A stretch of 63,042 nt of DNA, counting the filler, from Globobulimina sp. (Eukaryota), in assembly GCA_003354225.1 (NCBI GenBank). It is 22 parts of 22 records of this genome, joined end to end, with 100 filler letters (N's around TTAATTAATTAA, not from the genome) between each part and the next. Parts side by side here need not be neighbours in the genome. Positions count along the whole stretch, not along the records: positions 45,933 to 48,701 come from PIVH01004967.1; positions 48,802 to 51,570 come from PIVH01004968.1; positions 51,671 to 54,438 come from PIVH01004969.1; positions 54,539 to 57,306 come from PIVH01004970.1; positions 57,407 to 60,174 come from PIVH01004971.1; 17 more parts are not named here. The stretch is one strand, 5' to 3'. The notes below the pieces were generated by a model. That model saw nothing but the letters and a program-made list of their open reading frames with translations, was not told the DNA's origin and searched no databases. Shown here in pieces: positions 46,945 to 58,484 of the stretch. The first letter of the stretch is position 1, and each line of letters begins with the position of its first letter. A program made the position numbers and the translations under genes.

Positions 46945-48402
46945 TTGGTGCCATTACCAGCGCGTAAGAAATGGTCAAAATTATGTTCTTCACTATGGAG
47001 ACGCATTAAAATTAATTCATTACAAAACATAATAAGTGAGAATTCATCAAATGTATGCCTGGAATATGAGAAATCCGCATCATTCATTCAAAATAATTTA
47101 ATTCCAATGATTATTGATTATGAGACAGACAAAGAAAACATGAAAAAAGAAATTCAAAATATGATGAAACATAAAATTAAAACTCTTACCATCAATGCAC
47201 AGAAATCTATATTTATCAAACTGGGCTGGATTGAATCGTTTCTATTTTCGTTGTGTATTATATTACAATTAACTGATTTTTCCTCATTCAAAATATATGT
47301 TTGTGTCATATTGTTATTCATTTATTTATTTCATCTTTTTTATGCCATCCAAACCTTTCAAAACAGACGAATCATTTGTTATTATTTAAGCTGTTTATCA
47401 GAACAGGAAAACATTAATAACGTTTTACATATTAACCAAAGCATAAACTATTCCTCATATGTTTTGCAGGGATTTAATGTTTGTAATGCGGCACTTTTAA
47501 CAAATAAACCATTCCAATTATATTCAGCCAGAAGAATAGATTCCGACATTGCGACTAATTTTGCCTTCAAATATGTGATTGGTATAATTTATTGTATCGC
47601 TGCTATAAATCATCGGATTGCATTCATTTTAATCTCTCAAATCCCGGTCATATATTTTATTGCTGTGTATATTGATGATATATTTTCACATTTTAATCCT
47701 CTGCAAACAACACAAAAAACTGCAGACAAAAAGTATTTTCTTGGCTGTTTATGGCTCGTTCTTTATTTTCTTAGTTGGTTATTATTGGTAACTTTCTTTT
47801 CACCATTTTTTTTGGGCTTTGGTTGTTTGTGCGGTATTAAATATGATTATGATTCCAATTATTGGCTGCATGAAATGCTGAGAAATTTGGCTTTGTTGAT
47901 CTTAGTAAAACTATGTGTTGCTACACCGGGTATTGTGCTATTTACGAATATGTTTGATATTGTTGACACATTGAATTTTACTCTGATGATTTGTTTGTCC
48001 GCCAGTACCGTAATAGCGGTATGGTTTGGAATGGATTCGTGGATTACACGCGTTTTTATTATTATTTCATGGCTTGTTTTGTATTTATTTTTGAATCTAT
48101 ATTCACTAAAACAAATATTTATTTAAAGTCAATCCCGCAGATGTGTTCGGTTATTGGTAAATAGAGATAGCGTCGAACAACGCTTTGAATTTGATGTTGA
48201 TACATCAAATGATATTTGGTTGAAAGGAAATTGTGATGATAGTTTGAGAGAGTTAGTGAGATTACTTGGATGGAAAAATGATTTATATAATTTACTCCCG
48301 CAACAATTGAAAGGCATGTTTTTTAACAGTATGATGCAGAATTTTATGCTTATCACTATGGGAAAAGTGTATAAATATAAGTCCAGCGACACTTTACCAT
48401 AG
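46945..48402 (+). CDS. 5'-truncated eukaryotic multi-pass membrane protein, possibly spliced (intron 48081-48128) to a sirtuin-like C-terminal segment
   Basis: AT-rich 393-aa hydrophobic ORF. The downstream exon VRLLVNRD..NDIWLKGNCDDSLRELVRLLGW resembles the class I sirtuin tail (PRLLINRE..DV..GDCD..L..LLGW). Confidence 0.5.
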
Positions 48403-49260
48403 AATCATATGCAAAAATATCTTTGTGAACTCCACAAAATATTCGCATAAAATTCTGCGTGAATGTTTTCGCGAAGAGTATACTTTAAAACCCCTTAAGT
48501 GAAAACTTTATGTCATAAGCGATTAAGCGTCTTGACAACTTCTGCGTGTAATTGTTACATAGATAAAGAGAAAACGTTATTTTTAGATCCAGAGGAAAAA
48601 AAAGAACAGAAAATGAATATTAATACCAATGAGAAAGAACGATTAATCCAATCCTTACTCGGTGGCAGTACATCTTTCTTAACAAAATCGCAAATAAACA
48701 GNNNNNNNNNNNNNNNNNNNNNNNNNNNNNNNNNNNNNNNNNNNNTTAATTAATTAANNNNNNNNNNNNNNNNNNNNNNNNNNNNNNNNNNNNNNNNNNN
48801 NAAACAAACAAACAAAAATCCTAAATCCAGAAACATTTTTGTACCAAAAAAAGTGCAAAATATTGATATCCAAAATATTTCAGCCAGCCATGATGTTTTT
48901 TGTTGTTTTCTTTTGACAGGAGGAGGAGGAGGAGGAGGGTGGAGTGTAAATAAGTAGCGAACTCGCAGGCTCGTCCGCAATAAATTTGCTTCAATGATTT
49001 AAAAATTGGTTACAATCAATTGTCGACTCACAGTTATGCCATACATACAAATATGGAATATGCCGGATATATATATTCGACGAAATTCAATGAATATTAA
49101 TGAGAATATGGGTGTGGGAAATCGTGTGATATGTTGCCTTGGATCCAACCATGTATCGAGAGCTAGATTCCAATAAATTGGTAAGAATGTCGCGATCGCA
49201 AATATGATGTATAATAAACTATAAAATGTTGGGACCACATATTGTCGCCATGCTTTTTCG

Positions 49261-49305
49261 GCTTCCACAGTGTTGTGCTTCCACAGTGTTGGGCTTCCAC
49301 AGTGT
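49261..49305 (+). repeat. Three tandem copies of a 16-nt unit (GCTTCCACAGTGTTGK)
   Basis: Read directly from the sequence. Confidence 0.85.
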
Positions 49306-50096
49306 GCCATGCTTTTTGAGTGTAGTGATATGTGCGTAACTCTCGTTAATGTGACATTATGTGACTTAAATTAAGTTAATGTGTAACATTATGTGTAACA
49401 TTACTTTACTGGTTAAATGTTGGATATAATATTTTTTGTCTTTCCTCAAAACAATTTTTGCTTGGCATCATGGCGCACTTTCCTCAATCAACTACAAATC
49501 TCATAGATCCATCTTATTAAATTAATGATTACTATTCGAGAATTATATAAATTAATGCATCGAAATAAATACAAACAAATTAAAGAAAGGTGTTGTTAAA
49601 ATATCATGCACCGTAAAGATTATTTCGTGTAAACAATGTTGACAAAGCAGCGTAATTATATATAAATCAATGACGACAAATATCGCAACAAATTAACTGA
49701 ATTAAGCAAGTCATCAAAATCAAAGTAAATGAAGATATAATTTACAAAATATTATACAAAGTGATATATTATTGATTTTATTGTCATTCCAACACAGTCA
49801 GACCTACAAATGTTCGCATGCATAGATCAAATATTTATTTCATAAATCTTCATTTTAAAACAGTTTTCGCGGTTTCTTGCAATTTTATCAAGCGAATGGA
49901 ATTCGACAAAGCGATTTTGCATATAATTATAATTCAAAAATAATTAAGAAAAAAAAAACGTCCATACTACTGTGTAAAAGTACGAATTACGAAATATTAA
50001 AGTACGAAAGAAATGCGATTCGATTCGATTCGAATCCGAATCCGCGCAAAATAAATAAAATCAAAACAAACATTTCTCACAAATTTAAATTCCAAT

Positions 50097-51179
50097 TCAA
50101 GTCTTTTTCCTTTTTTTGGATGGATATTCATTATTATTTGCATCAACATTGTTTGTCTTATTATTATTGTCTAGCAATACTCTCTTCTTTTTATTTGCGA
50201 TGAATGTATCTCCAATCAGTCCAATGTCAGGTATTGATGCAGTGGATGGCCATGACATAAATGGCATTGGTGAAGCAGTACAAAATGGCATTGGTGGATA
50301 TGACATTGGATGGGTACTATATGCTGAATATGTATCCATTATTGTATATGGGGCATTTAAATCATTATCTATCGAGTGCATGAGATATGATTTGATGTTA
50401 AAATAAAAAATAATTATAATAATTGTATTGTTTATACCTGGTTCGATAGGATGTATCAACGGTGACTGTGGATTATATATATTTGTCATATCCTGCGTCA
50501 TTGGAGATAACGATGTATGATTATAATGTGGATTGTCATCGGCGCATTGTCTACCCATTGTATCTATATTTTGATCATCAACTAATGTTCCTATATATAT
50601 TAATACGCATCGGTGTGCACTGTGTGATAGATTTAAAACAAATATAATCAGAGTGTACTTGTTGATGCAGAGACTGTATTGGGTGGATTATAGTGTCTAT
50701 TCATATTATGAGTGTTATCTGTATATTAATATAATATATTAATATGTATTGGTTATTATAGCATTCATAGCAGATTTAAAAGCAAAATGCAATGCCAATG
50801 TACCTGGTGTTGATGGACTGTAATACGTATTATTATTTATTATCTATATATAGTTTTACTTATTCAGATTGTCACAAAATATATAACTCCGAAAATTAGG
50901 CAAAGTTTAGATACCCATACTATTATTACTTGTATATTGTGGCGTTGTTGTTGTAGATGGTCGATTTGGCGGATTTTCTGATGAATTCATCAATGTATAT
51001 TCGCGGATACCCAGCACTTCATTGCTTATACACGCCACTACTTTTATTGCTGGCGCTGAGCAAAAACACACGGTATTTAACCGGTTGTTGTATCTCTGGG
51101 TTAACCAGTTGTCATTTTTTAATATAATCATAAGATCTCGCAATATATCTCGCACAAAAAATTGCGTTTTTCTTGTCAA
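50097..51179 (-). CDS. Probable multi-exon hypothetical protein ending in an NLS-like PSKKRKKT
   Basis: Several short ORF pieces separated by AT-rich GT..AG segments; exon structure not fully resolved. Confidence 0.35.
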
Positions 51180-51677
51180 ATGGCACAGAAATCTTACTTA
51201 TTTCTGGTTCCATTGCAAGCATAGCCAGCTGTTCTCCTTATAGGTTGAAGATTTTCAAAGATGTTTGCGTACTAATGCAAGGAATAAATGAGAAACAACA
51301 GATTCTCATTTTGCAAAGTTTCGATTTAATATTGGTAATTGTGATTGTTTGAATGGACGAAAAAATCTGAAAATTTGATGATCAACATAAACATGAAATT
51401 GCGTTTAAACAAACATTAGTTCAACGCATTGTCAAATAGAATTAACACTCTAGATTCTACTGATTTGCGAGCTTCTCCATTGTAAACACAATCGTTTGGT
51501 GTAAATGATCCATGTGCAACTGCACCTAGTCTATCCGATCTAAAATGACTGAAAATAATAATATCTTTGTNNNNNNNNNNNNNNNNNNNNNNNNNNNNNN
51601 NNNNNNNNNNNNNNTTAATTAATTAANNNNNNNNNNNNNNNNNNNNNNNNNNNNNNNNNNNNNNNNNNNNACATATA

Positions 51678-54260
51678 ATGCTTGCGGCCAGAAAAGATGA
51701 TGAATTGAAGCAAAATGAACATTTATTGTCAAAGAATAAGGCATTAAATGATACAATTAAACATTTGCAAGCAGAAAAGATCGAATTAGAGCAAAAATTA
51801 AGGCAATTTGAAGAGAAAATGTCTTCTGTAAATCAGAGAATAGCCATAGATGAAAAATCAGAGAATATAACAAAGAACAATCAAGCAAATAAACCAAAAC
51901 CAATAAGCTCTCCACAAAAAGCAAAGTATGTTATATATTGTTATATTTTTGCAACAACTACAATTATAAAAATATGTTTGGTTCCAAAAGGGAACCAACA
52001 AAAGAAGCGCCTGAAAATATAAAACAATTTGTAAAAATGCACAAGCTTAAAATACCAATGAACGTAATTAAGAATAAAATGAAGGTCGAAGGCGTTGATT
52101 TCAAATTATTACAAGATTGGCTCAATCCGCCCAAACCAAGACAACCCCCAACTGAGTTGGCTCCATATTTGAGAATGCTCAAACTCAAAATACCGATGAA
52201 AGTGATCAAAAATAAAATGAAAGTACGAGGTATTGACCCACAAAAATTAGAAGATTGGATAAATAATAAACCAATGGCACCGCCACCTGAATTGGCTCCA
52301 TATTTAAGAATGATGAAATTAAAAATACCGATAAACGTAATTAAAAGTAAAATGAAGGTCAAAGGTATTGACCCACAAAAATTAGAAAATTGGTTACATG
52401 GACAGTCGCATACAAAACCAGCGGCGTTGCCTGAATTAAATGAGTCAGATAAGAAATTATTAGCGCATTATAAGAAATGTTTAGATAAATTGAAAATGCC
52501 TCAAGTCTCTGTCAAGAATATTATGAAAAGGGAGAAACACACTCATTTGTTTGCATATTTATTTGGAGCTGAAAAGAAACCGAAAGCAAAACGTAAATTG
52601 AAATTACCGCCGGGCGTTAGGGAGAAACCAGAGATAATTCCAAAGGTTGCAATGTTGACCTTTCATTGGAAAAAAATCAATGAACAAATGTTAAAAAATA
52701 AGATTTGGTACGATGTAAATCGTAGTTTTAGTGAGTCGAAAGAGAATGAGATATTTGAGTATAAACAGTTGGATGAATTGTTCGTAAAACCACAGCAAAA
52801 ACCAAGCAAATACTCATCGAAACAGAAAACGAAAAGCAGTCGAAAAGTTGTTTTGAAATCAGTTATGTTGTTTTATTTTTTGTGAAATTGTTTTGTGTAT
52901 ATTTTGTTGTGTAGGAAGCAAATATTTTGGATGGCAAAATAAGACAAAAACTGGATATATTTTTGCGACAAGTTCAGATGAATTGGGATATGACCATAGC
53001 TGTTATCTGCCAACATATCGCTAATTTGGATGAAGAAACATTATCGATTGACCATATCGAGAAATTGCTCACGGTTTCGCCGGACGAGAAACAAGCGAAG
53101 GAATTTGAAAATGCTGTGGAGAATTTGAACTCCAATGAGAAATTAAGCAAAGCTGCATTGTTTTGGCGGGATTTATTGAAAGTTGATAAATGCATTAAAG
53201 TACGAATGAGTTTATGGGATTTTAAGATAAAATTTAAGGAGTTATTGAGTGAGGAACGAACTAAAACAGATATGCTGAATGCGTGCATTGCGAAGTTGCG
53301 AAATGATCGCAAATTTCAGAGAGTTTTAAGTTTGGCATTGGATATTGGCAATTATGTGAATGGTGGGAAGCGGCAAGGTCAAGCGTATGGATTTGATCTT
53401 GCCACACTGGAGAAAGTTATGTATTTGCATGTTGTGCTATTTCTGTATTTTATTTTGTTTTTGTTGTGCAGTTGGATCAATTTCCTCGACAAAGGAACGA
53501 CGATGGCTCAGCAAAGCAGAGTATGTTGGAATATATTTATGCATTGTTACAGGGGAAAAATACAGATATATTGAGCTGGACGGACAATTTAGAAATATTG
53601 AATGAAGCGGTCAGCATTGATTTAAATATCGTAAATGTAAATGTTAAACGATTTGATAATCAAATAATTGCATTGCGTACTCATTTAAACGGCGCAGATG
53701 AGAGTTTTGCGAGTAAAATGAAGCCATTTTATGTCGACGCAGAGAAGCAGTTGAAAATGTTCATGAAGAAATTGGATAAATTGAATAAAGAGTTGAAAGA
53801 ATTGGGACAGTGGTTTGATGTGCAAAATACGGATAATTTGGAATTTTTGAAACAAATCAATATTTTCAGAAAAACATTCAAAAAAATTGGAGGGCGATTG
53901 TTGGAAAAAAAAAAGAGAGCTGAAAGAAAAGCAAAACGCGCGAAAAAAGTTAAAGGAAAGCGGAGAAAATCTAAAGTTTCTGCAAATAAATCAGATGTTG
54001 GTGGAGGAAGAAGAAGTGATATTTTACGAGCTATTGAAAGTAAACAAATGTTAAGTAATATTGTCTCAACTGTTGGTGTTATGTGTTGATACTTTTTTGT
54101 CCGTAGATTGAAACCAGCAAAGAATAGATTAATACCAATGTTGGGTAGTTTATCGCAGCAATGGTCTGCAGGGAGTAGGACAGGAAAAGGTGCGCTGAGA
54201 AACGAGTTGTTGAAATTTGCAGCATCGGTGGATGAGATTAAAGAATCAAAACCAATGTAA
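51678..54260 (+). CDS. Formin (FH2) with coiled coil and four Y..M.KL.IP...IK.KM...G.DP repeats; multi-exon, probably 5'-partial
   Basis: FH2 lasso TFHWKKI..IW and LDIGNYVNGG..GQAYGFDL..LEK. Introns near 51926-51990, ~52862-52915, ~53420-53471 and ~54050-54106. Confidence 0.8.
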
Positions 54261-54788
54261 CATATGTAAATTTCAAAGCTACTGTATATTTTTATGTGAT
54301 ATATAAGTCACATTACGTACACAGTTGTGAAGTTTTGGAAATGTTCAGAACTTCGTTTTTTTTTTATTGTAGCGAAATGTCAAACATAGATCTCAAACCA
54401 ATGCAATAAACCAGTCCTCGTATCACATATGAACGCATNNNNNNNNNNNNNNNNNNNNNNNNNNNNNNNNNNNNNNNNNNNNTTAATTAATTAANNNNNN
54501 NNNNNNNNNNNNNNNNNNNNNNNNNNNNNNNNNNNNNNAATGAGTGCATCAATATTAATAACAGATGGATTTTTAATGCAAATATTATCGTATTTATCAA
54601 ATAAAAATAATACATGGGAATTTATTGATATTTATCATCCAAAAAATAGTGTGAAATCATTAAATGAATTAATAAATAAACATTCAATCCAATATGCTAA
54701 ATATAATTATAATTACAAAATAATCATCCTCAATTTGGTAAATATCATTCTTTTTGTGTGAGTGTGATGTATTAATTGCATGCGGAAA

Positions 54789-57305
54789 TTAAGAAAAATC
54801 ATCAAACGTAAATTTAACATTTAAATCATCAATATTGCCTTGTGTTTGTTGTGTAATATTTTCGATTTCTTTTTGAATCTCTGCTTTTTTATTATTATTA
54901 TTCATAACATTGCCATTATCTCTATCTTCTTTTTTATTTTCCAATTTTCGTTTGTTTTGCAATTGTTGATCGCCATCACTATCTTCATCAAAAAAACGAT
55001 TTTTATTCCTATTATTATTCATAAACACAATATCACTTTCCTCACTTTCTTTATCTTCATCAATATCCTCAAAATCACCATTATTCTCATTATAATTTAA
55101 AACATATTCATCCTCCAAATCCATATCAGAATCATGATACTCTTCGTCAACTCGTTTATTATCATCATTCTCATCCTCATCCTCATTCTCTTCACAGTCA
55201 ACTTGTTTTATTTGCCATTTTGATAGATTTGGATCAGTTTTTGGATCCACCGATCTCTGAAATATTACCGGTATTTGTTTGTCATAATCCAATGGAATGA
55301 TGGTAGCAATCAAGTGAGCATTACTGCACACCCTCCAATCCTTAATATTCTCTTTCAAAATATCCACAGTCTCACATTTTTCAACATCCGTCTTCAATGT
55401 AAATATTTCTTTCAGCTGATCCCGTGTAAAATGTCTATCTTTATGTTTATGCCTCGCTTTTCCATTCCTATCAACCACAGAGTCCGCCACCTCATTCTTC
55501 ATTATCTGTCGCTGCAATATCTTCTCCTCGATGCTGCCAATAGTAATAAACCGATATATCTTACATTTCTTCTTCTGTCCATCCCTCCAAATCCTTGCCA
55601 TTGCCTGTTGATCAATGGCGGGATTCCACGACGGATCCAACAAAACCAATCTATTGCCACCAATCAAATTTAAGCCCATTCCGCCCGCTTTCGACGACAA
55701 CAAAAATATAAAACATTCACGCCCACTCCGGACGTTATTAAACTGCGCCACTAACTTTGTCCGTTGCTGCGTCGAAGTCGAGCCATCCAAACGCAAATAT
55801 CTATAACTTTGAACATGTAAAATCTTCTGTACTTCATCCAAAATCGACGTAAAATTCGAGACAATCACGATTTTATCACCAACCTCTTTTGTCTGCGCTA
55901 ATAAATTTATCAAAACTTTAAACTTCTCCGATTTGATAGCATCATTATTATATATTTGTTGTTTTATGCTGCTCGGAATATTGATGTTTAACGTAGTAGA
56001 ACTTATAATTTTTTTATACGCCAATTGCGGAGAACTGCAACACATTCGAATGTATAACAAACATTGCAAAGCTCTCTGGATATTGTATTGATTGACAATG
56101 CTTTTTATGCTTTTGTTGTTTAAAATGCATCGATATAATGATATTTGTATAGCAGATAAGGTATGAAATACAATATATTCATCCTTTGGTTTCAAATATT
56201 TGCGCAATATTTCCTCCGCGGTCCTGCGCAGTATAAACGAAGCAGTGATTTTATTCAATGCATTGCTCCGCTGATCGCCCAACGTTTGCTCCAACTTTGT
56301 CGCATTTGCATCGCGAGATTGCTCGATCGGTTTCGAGTATGTATTTTTAAAATGATTTATGTCGTTTAAACATAATGGATTGCACCAATTGCACATAGCA
56401 TATAACTCGGATAAGTTGTTTTGAATCGGAGTGCCTGTCAATAATATTCGTTTAGTACATTTTATTTTATTTAACGCGGATATGGTCGCATTTCCTTTGC
56501 TATTTTTCAAGCGATGACCCTCATCACACACAATCAGACCGATTTTAGCTGCGACGATTTGGTCAATGTGACTCCGCAGCATCTCATAACCGATAATCAA
56601 TACATTTTTAGTGCTGTTTTTCTGCACAAAATTGGCGATAATACTGTCTCGCTTTGATTTTTTCTTTTCATCCATGGCAATGACACCACATTTCCCTCTG
56701 CGATTACACGATATCCATTTCGCAAATTCCTTCTTCCAATTCCCGACCAGCGAGGAAGGGGTCACTACCAAGCATTTCTTGATTATTTTCTCATTTATCA
56801 TGGTATATATTAAGGTGATAGTTTGTAAGGTTTTGCCTAAACCCATTTCGTCGGCCAATATCATGCCACTTTGATGGCTGCCGTTTTTTATCCCCATTAC
56901 GCATTCATACATATATTTGGTGCCACTCCTTTGGTGTTGGCGCAATTTGTCGCTTAAAAAAGAAGCTACGCAGACTGCCACTTCTGTGCTGTGTATGGGG
57001 CTGTAATCTGGATTTAAATTCGCTGTATTTAAGATGAGTGGCTTTTTTATTTTGCTGAAATCCGTAATGGGTTTTAATGATTTCTTGTGATTATATTGTG
57101 ATTTCATATCAATTTTTGCTCCGTTTGCGTCAATTTTGGAGGGAATTTTAAACTCTTTGTGTTTGCTGTGGTTATTATTTATTTTGATTGGTTTGAAGTT
57201 GCGATTGACAGCGGATATCGATGTATTTGCGGGAATTATTGATTGGTTGAAACACTGTCCAGATTGATATTGATTTTCAGGAATTTTTGAGTCGATTTCA
57301 ACTTG
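54789..57305 (-). CDS. RAD54B: RAD54B/Rdh54-like SNF2 DNA translocase, 5'-partial
   Basis: ILADEMGLGKTLQ, CDEGHRLKN, LTGTPIQNNL, LLSSKAGGMGLNLIGGNRLVLLDPSWNPAIDQQAMARIWRDGQKK; upstream VEIDS..YQSG.CF segment. Confidence 0.88.
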   Translation of the reverse strand, partial: QVEIDSKIPENQYQSGQCFNQSIIPANTSISAVNRNFKPIKINNNHSKHKEFKIPSKIDANGAKIDMKSQYNHKKSLKPITDFSKIKKPLILNTANLNPDYSPIHSTEVAVCVASFLSDKLRQHQRSGTKYMYECVMGIKNGSHQSGMILADEMGLGKTLQTITLIYTMINEKIIKKCLVVTPSSLVGNWKKEFAKWISCNRRGKCGVIAMDEKKKSKRDSIIANFVQKNSTKNVLIIGYEMLRSHIDQIVAAKIGLIVCDEGHRLKNSKGNATISALNKIKCTKRILLTGTPIQNNLSELYAMCNWCNPLCLNDINHFKNTYSKPIEQSRDANATKLEQTLGDQRSNALNKITASFILRRTAEEILRKYLKPKDEYIVFHTLSAIQISLYRCILNNKSIKSIVNQYNIQRALQCLLYIRMCCSSPQLAYKKIISSTTLNINIPSSIKQQIYNNDAIKSEKFKVLINLLAQTKEVGDKIVIVSNFTSILDEVQKILHVQSYRYLRLDGSTSTQQRTKLVAQFNNVRSGRECFIFLLSSKAGGMGLNLIGGNRLVLLDPSWNPAIDQQAMARIWRDGQKKKCKIYRFITIGSIEEKILQRQIMKNEVADSVVDRNGKARHKHKDRHFTRDQLKEIFTLKTDVEKCETVDILKENIKDWRVCSNAHLIATIIPLDYDKQIPVIFQRSVDPKTDPNLSKWQIKQVDCEENEDEDENDDNKRVDEEYHDSDMDLEDEYVLNYNENNGDFEDIDEDKESEESDIVFMNNNRNKNRFFDEDSDGDQQLQNKRKLENKKEDRDNGNVMNNNNKKAEIQKEIENITQQTQGNIDDLNVKFTFDDFS

Positions 57306-57535
57306 ANNNNNNNNNNNNNNNNNNNNNNNNNNNNNNNNNNNNNNNNNNNNTTAATTAATTAANNNNNNNNNNNNNNNNNNNNNNNNNNNNNNNNNNNNNN
57401 NNNNNNGCATTAAATACATTAAATACAACATCTCCCTCTAATAATAACAATATTATTATTCATAATGTAGATGTCGATGCAGATGCAGATAAACCATCTG
57501 TTTTATCCACAATATCTATCAACAACGATATCGAT

Positions 57536-58021
57536 ATGGATGAAGCAGTTAACGTCGTTTCACTCGAATCGGTTAAATCGCCATCGCCCTCTCTCGATAT
57601 CAATACCGTTATAAATAAACAAGAAAATGCGCAAAAACATGAAAATCAAAACGAAAATGCGCAAATTATGAAATTAGTATCGCGCGAAAGTTTGCGTAAA
57701 TTTGATTTGATCACATTAATGACAAAATATACGTTACTGGTCTCCATCAGCTATTTGTCCACATTATTCAGTGTTGGCTTAATATTTGTTATTCACAAAG
57801 ATGTTGAATTGATATTTTATAAACATTCCACATACATTGAACATTTGATAATCACTGTAAATGCACTAATTTGTCTTTTATCTCTATATCTGTCATATGC
57901 ATTCAATAATAAATATTATCAATTCTTATGTAAATTCGGTCATAACTTATGTAAACATTGTTGTATTGATTGTATTTCACGAAAAATGAAAAGTGATATA
58001 GCAACACAACAATTATTGTAA
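57536..58021 (+). CDS. C-terminal part of a putative 7TM/GPCR-like membrane protein
   Basis: Long loop, then two TM helices (LMTKYTLLVSISYLSTL; LIITVNALICLLSLYLSY) and a Cys-rich tail. Confidence 0.45.
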   Translation: MDEAVNVVSLESVKSPSPSLDINTVINKQENAQKHENQNENAQIMKLVSRESLRKFDLITLMTKYTLLVSISYLSTLFSVGLIFVIHKDVELIFYKHSTYIEHLIITVNALICLLSLYLSYAFNNKYYQFLCKFGHNLCKHCCIDCISRKMKSDIATQQLL

Positions 58022-58484
58022 AATGTTTTTCCTTTTTAATCTTTTTTTTTCCATTTGGTTTTTTGTTGTCTTATTTTATTTATAGTTAACGGGCTGCTTC
58101 CTCTGCCAAATAGACTCAATCAAAAGTAATGTTTTGTTAATTTGTTCTACTTTTGAATTGCATACACTTTTGTTTTTTGTTCGTTATATTTTTTGTAATT
58201 AAAATTGCACTATTAAATTTATATTGAATTGAATCTATAATAAAGGTAAATTGCTGTACACGGGGCAAATCCAGCTAGCAGCATGCTGGCAGGCTCACAA
58301 ATGATCCTAGCACTGCTTTATGTACAATGTGGTCTTAAATCTTTATGTACAATGTGGTCACCAGATACGTTGGCTATAATGATAAACAAAGAAGCATACA
58401 TAATTTAATATTGTGAGCAAAAAAGAAGCAATAAAAATAAAAACAAAAACAGATTTTATAGACAATTATAGTGCATAATCACTA

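Noticed and set aside
41793-48402. Joining the class IV sirtuin with the sirtuin-like tail at 48130
   Set aside because: They lie on different contigs and resemble different sirtuin classes, and the class IV gene already has its own C-terminus.
58316-58359. 19-nt direct repeat CTTTATGTACAATGTGGTC x2 as a target-site duplication or mini-CRISPR
   Set aside because: Only two copies 6 nt apart with no element between them; a simple local duplication.
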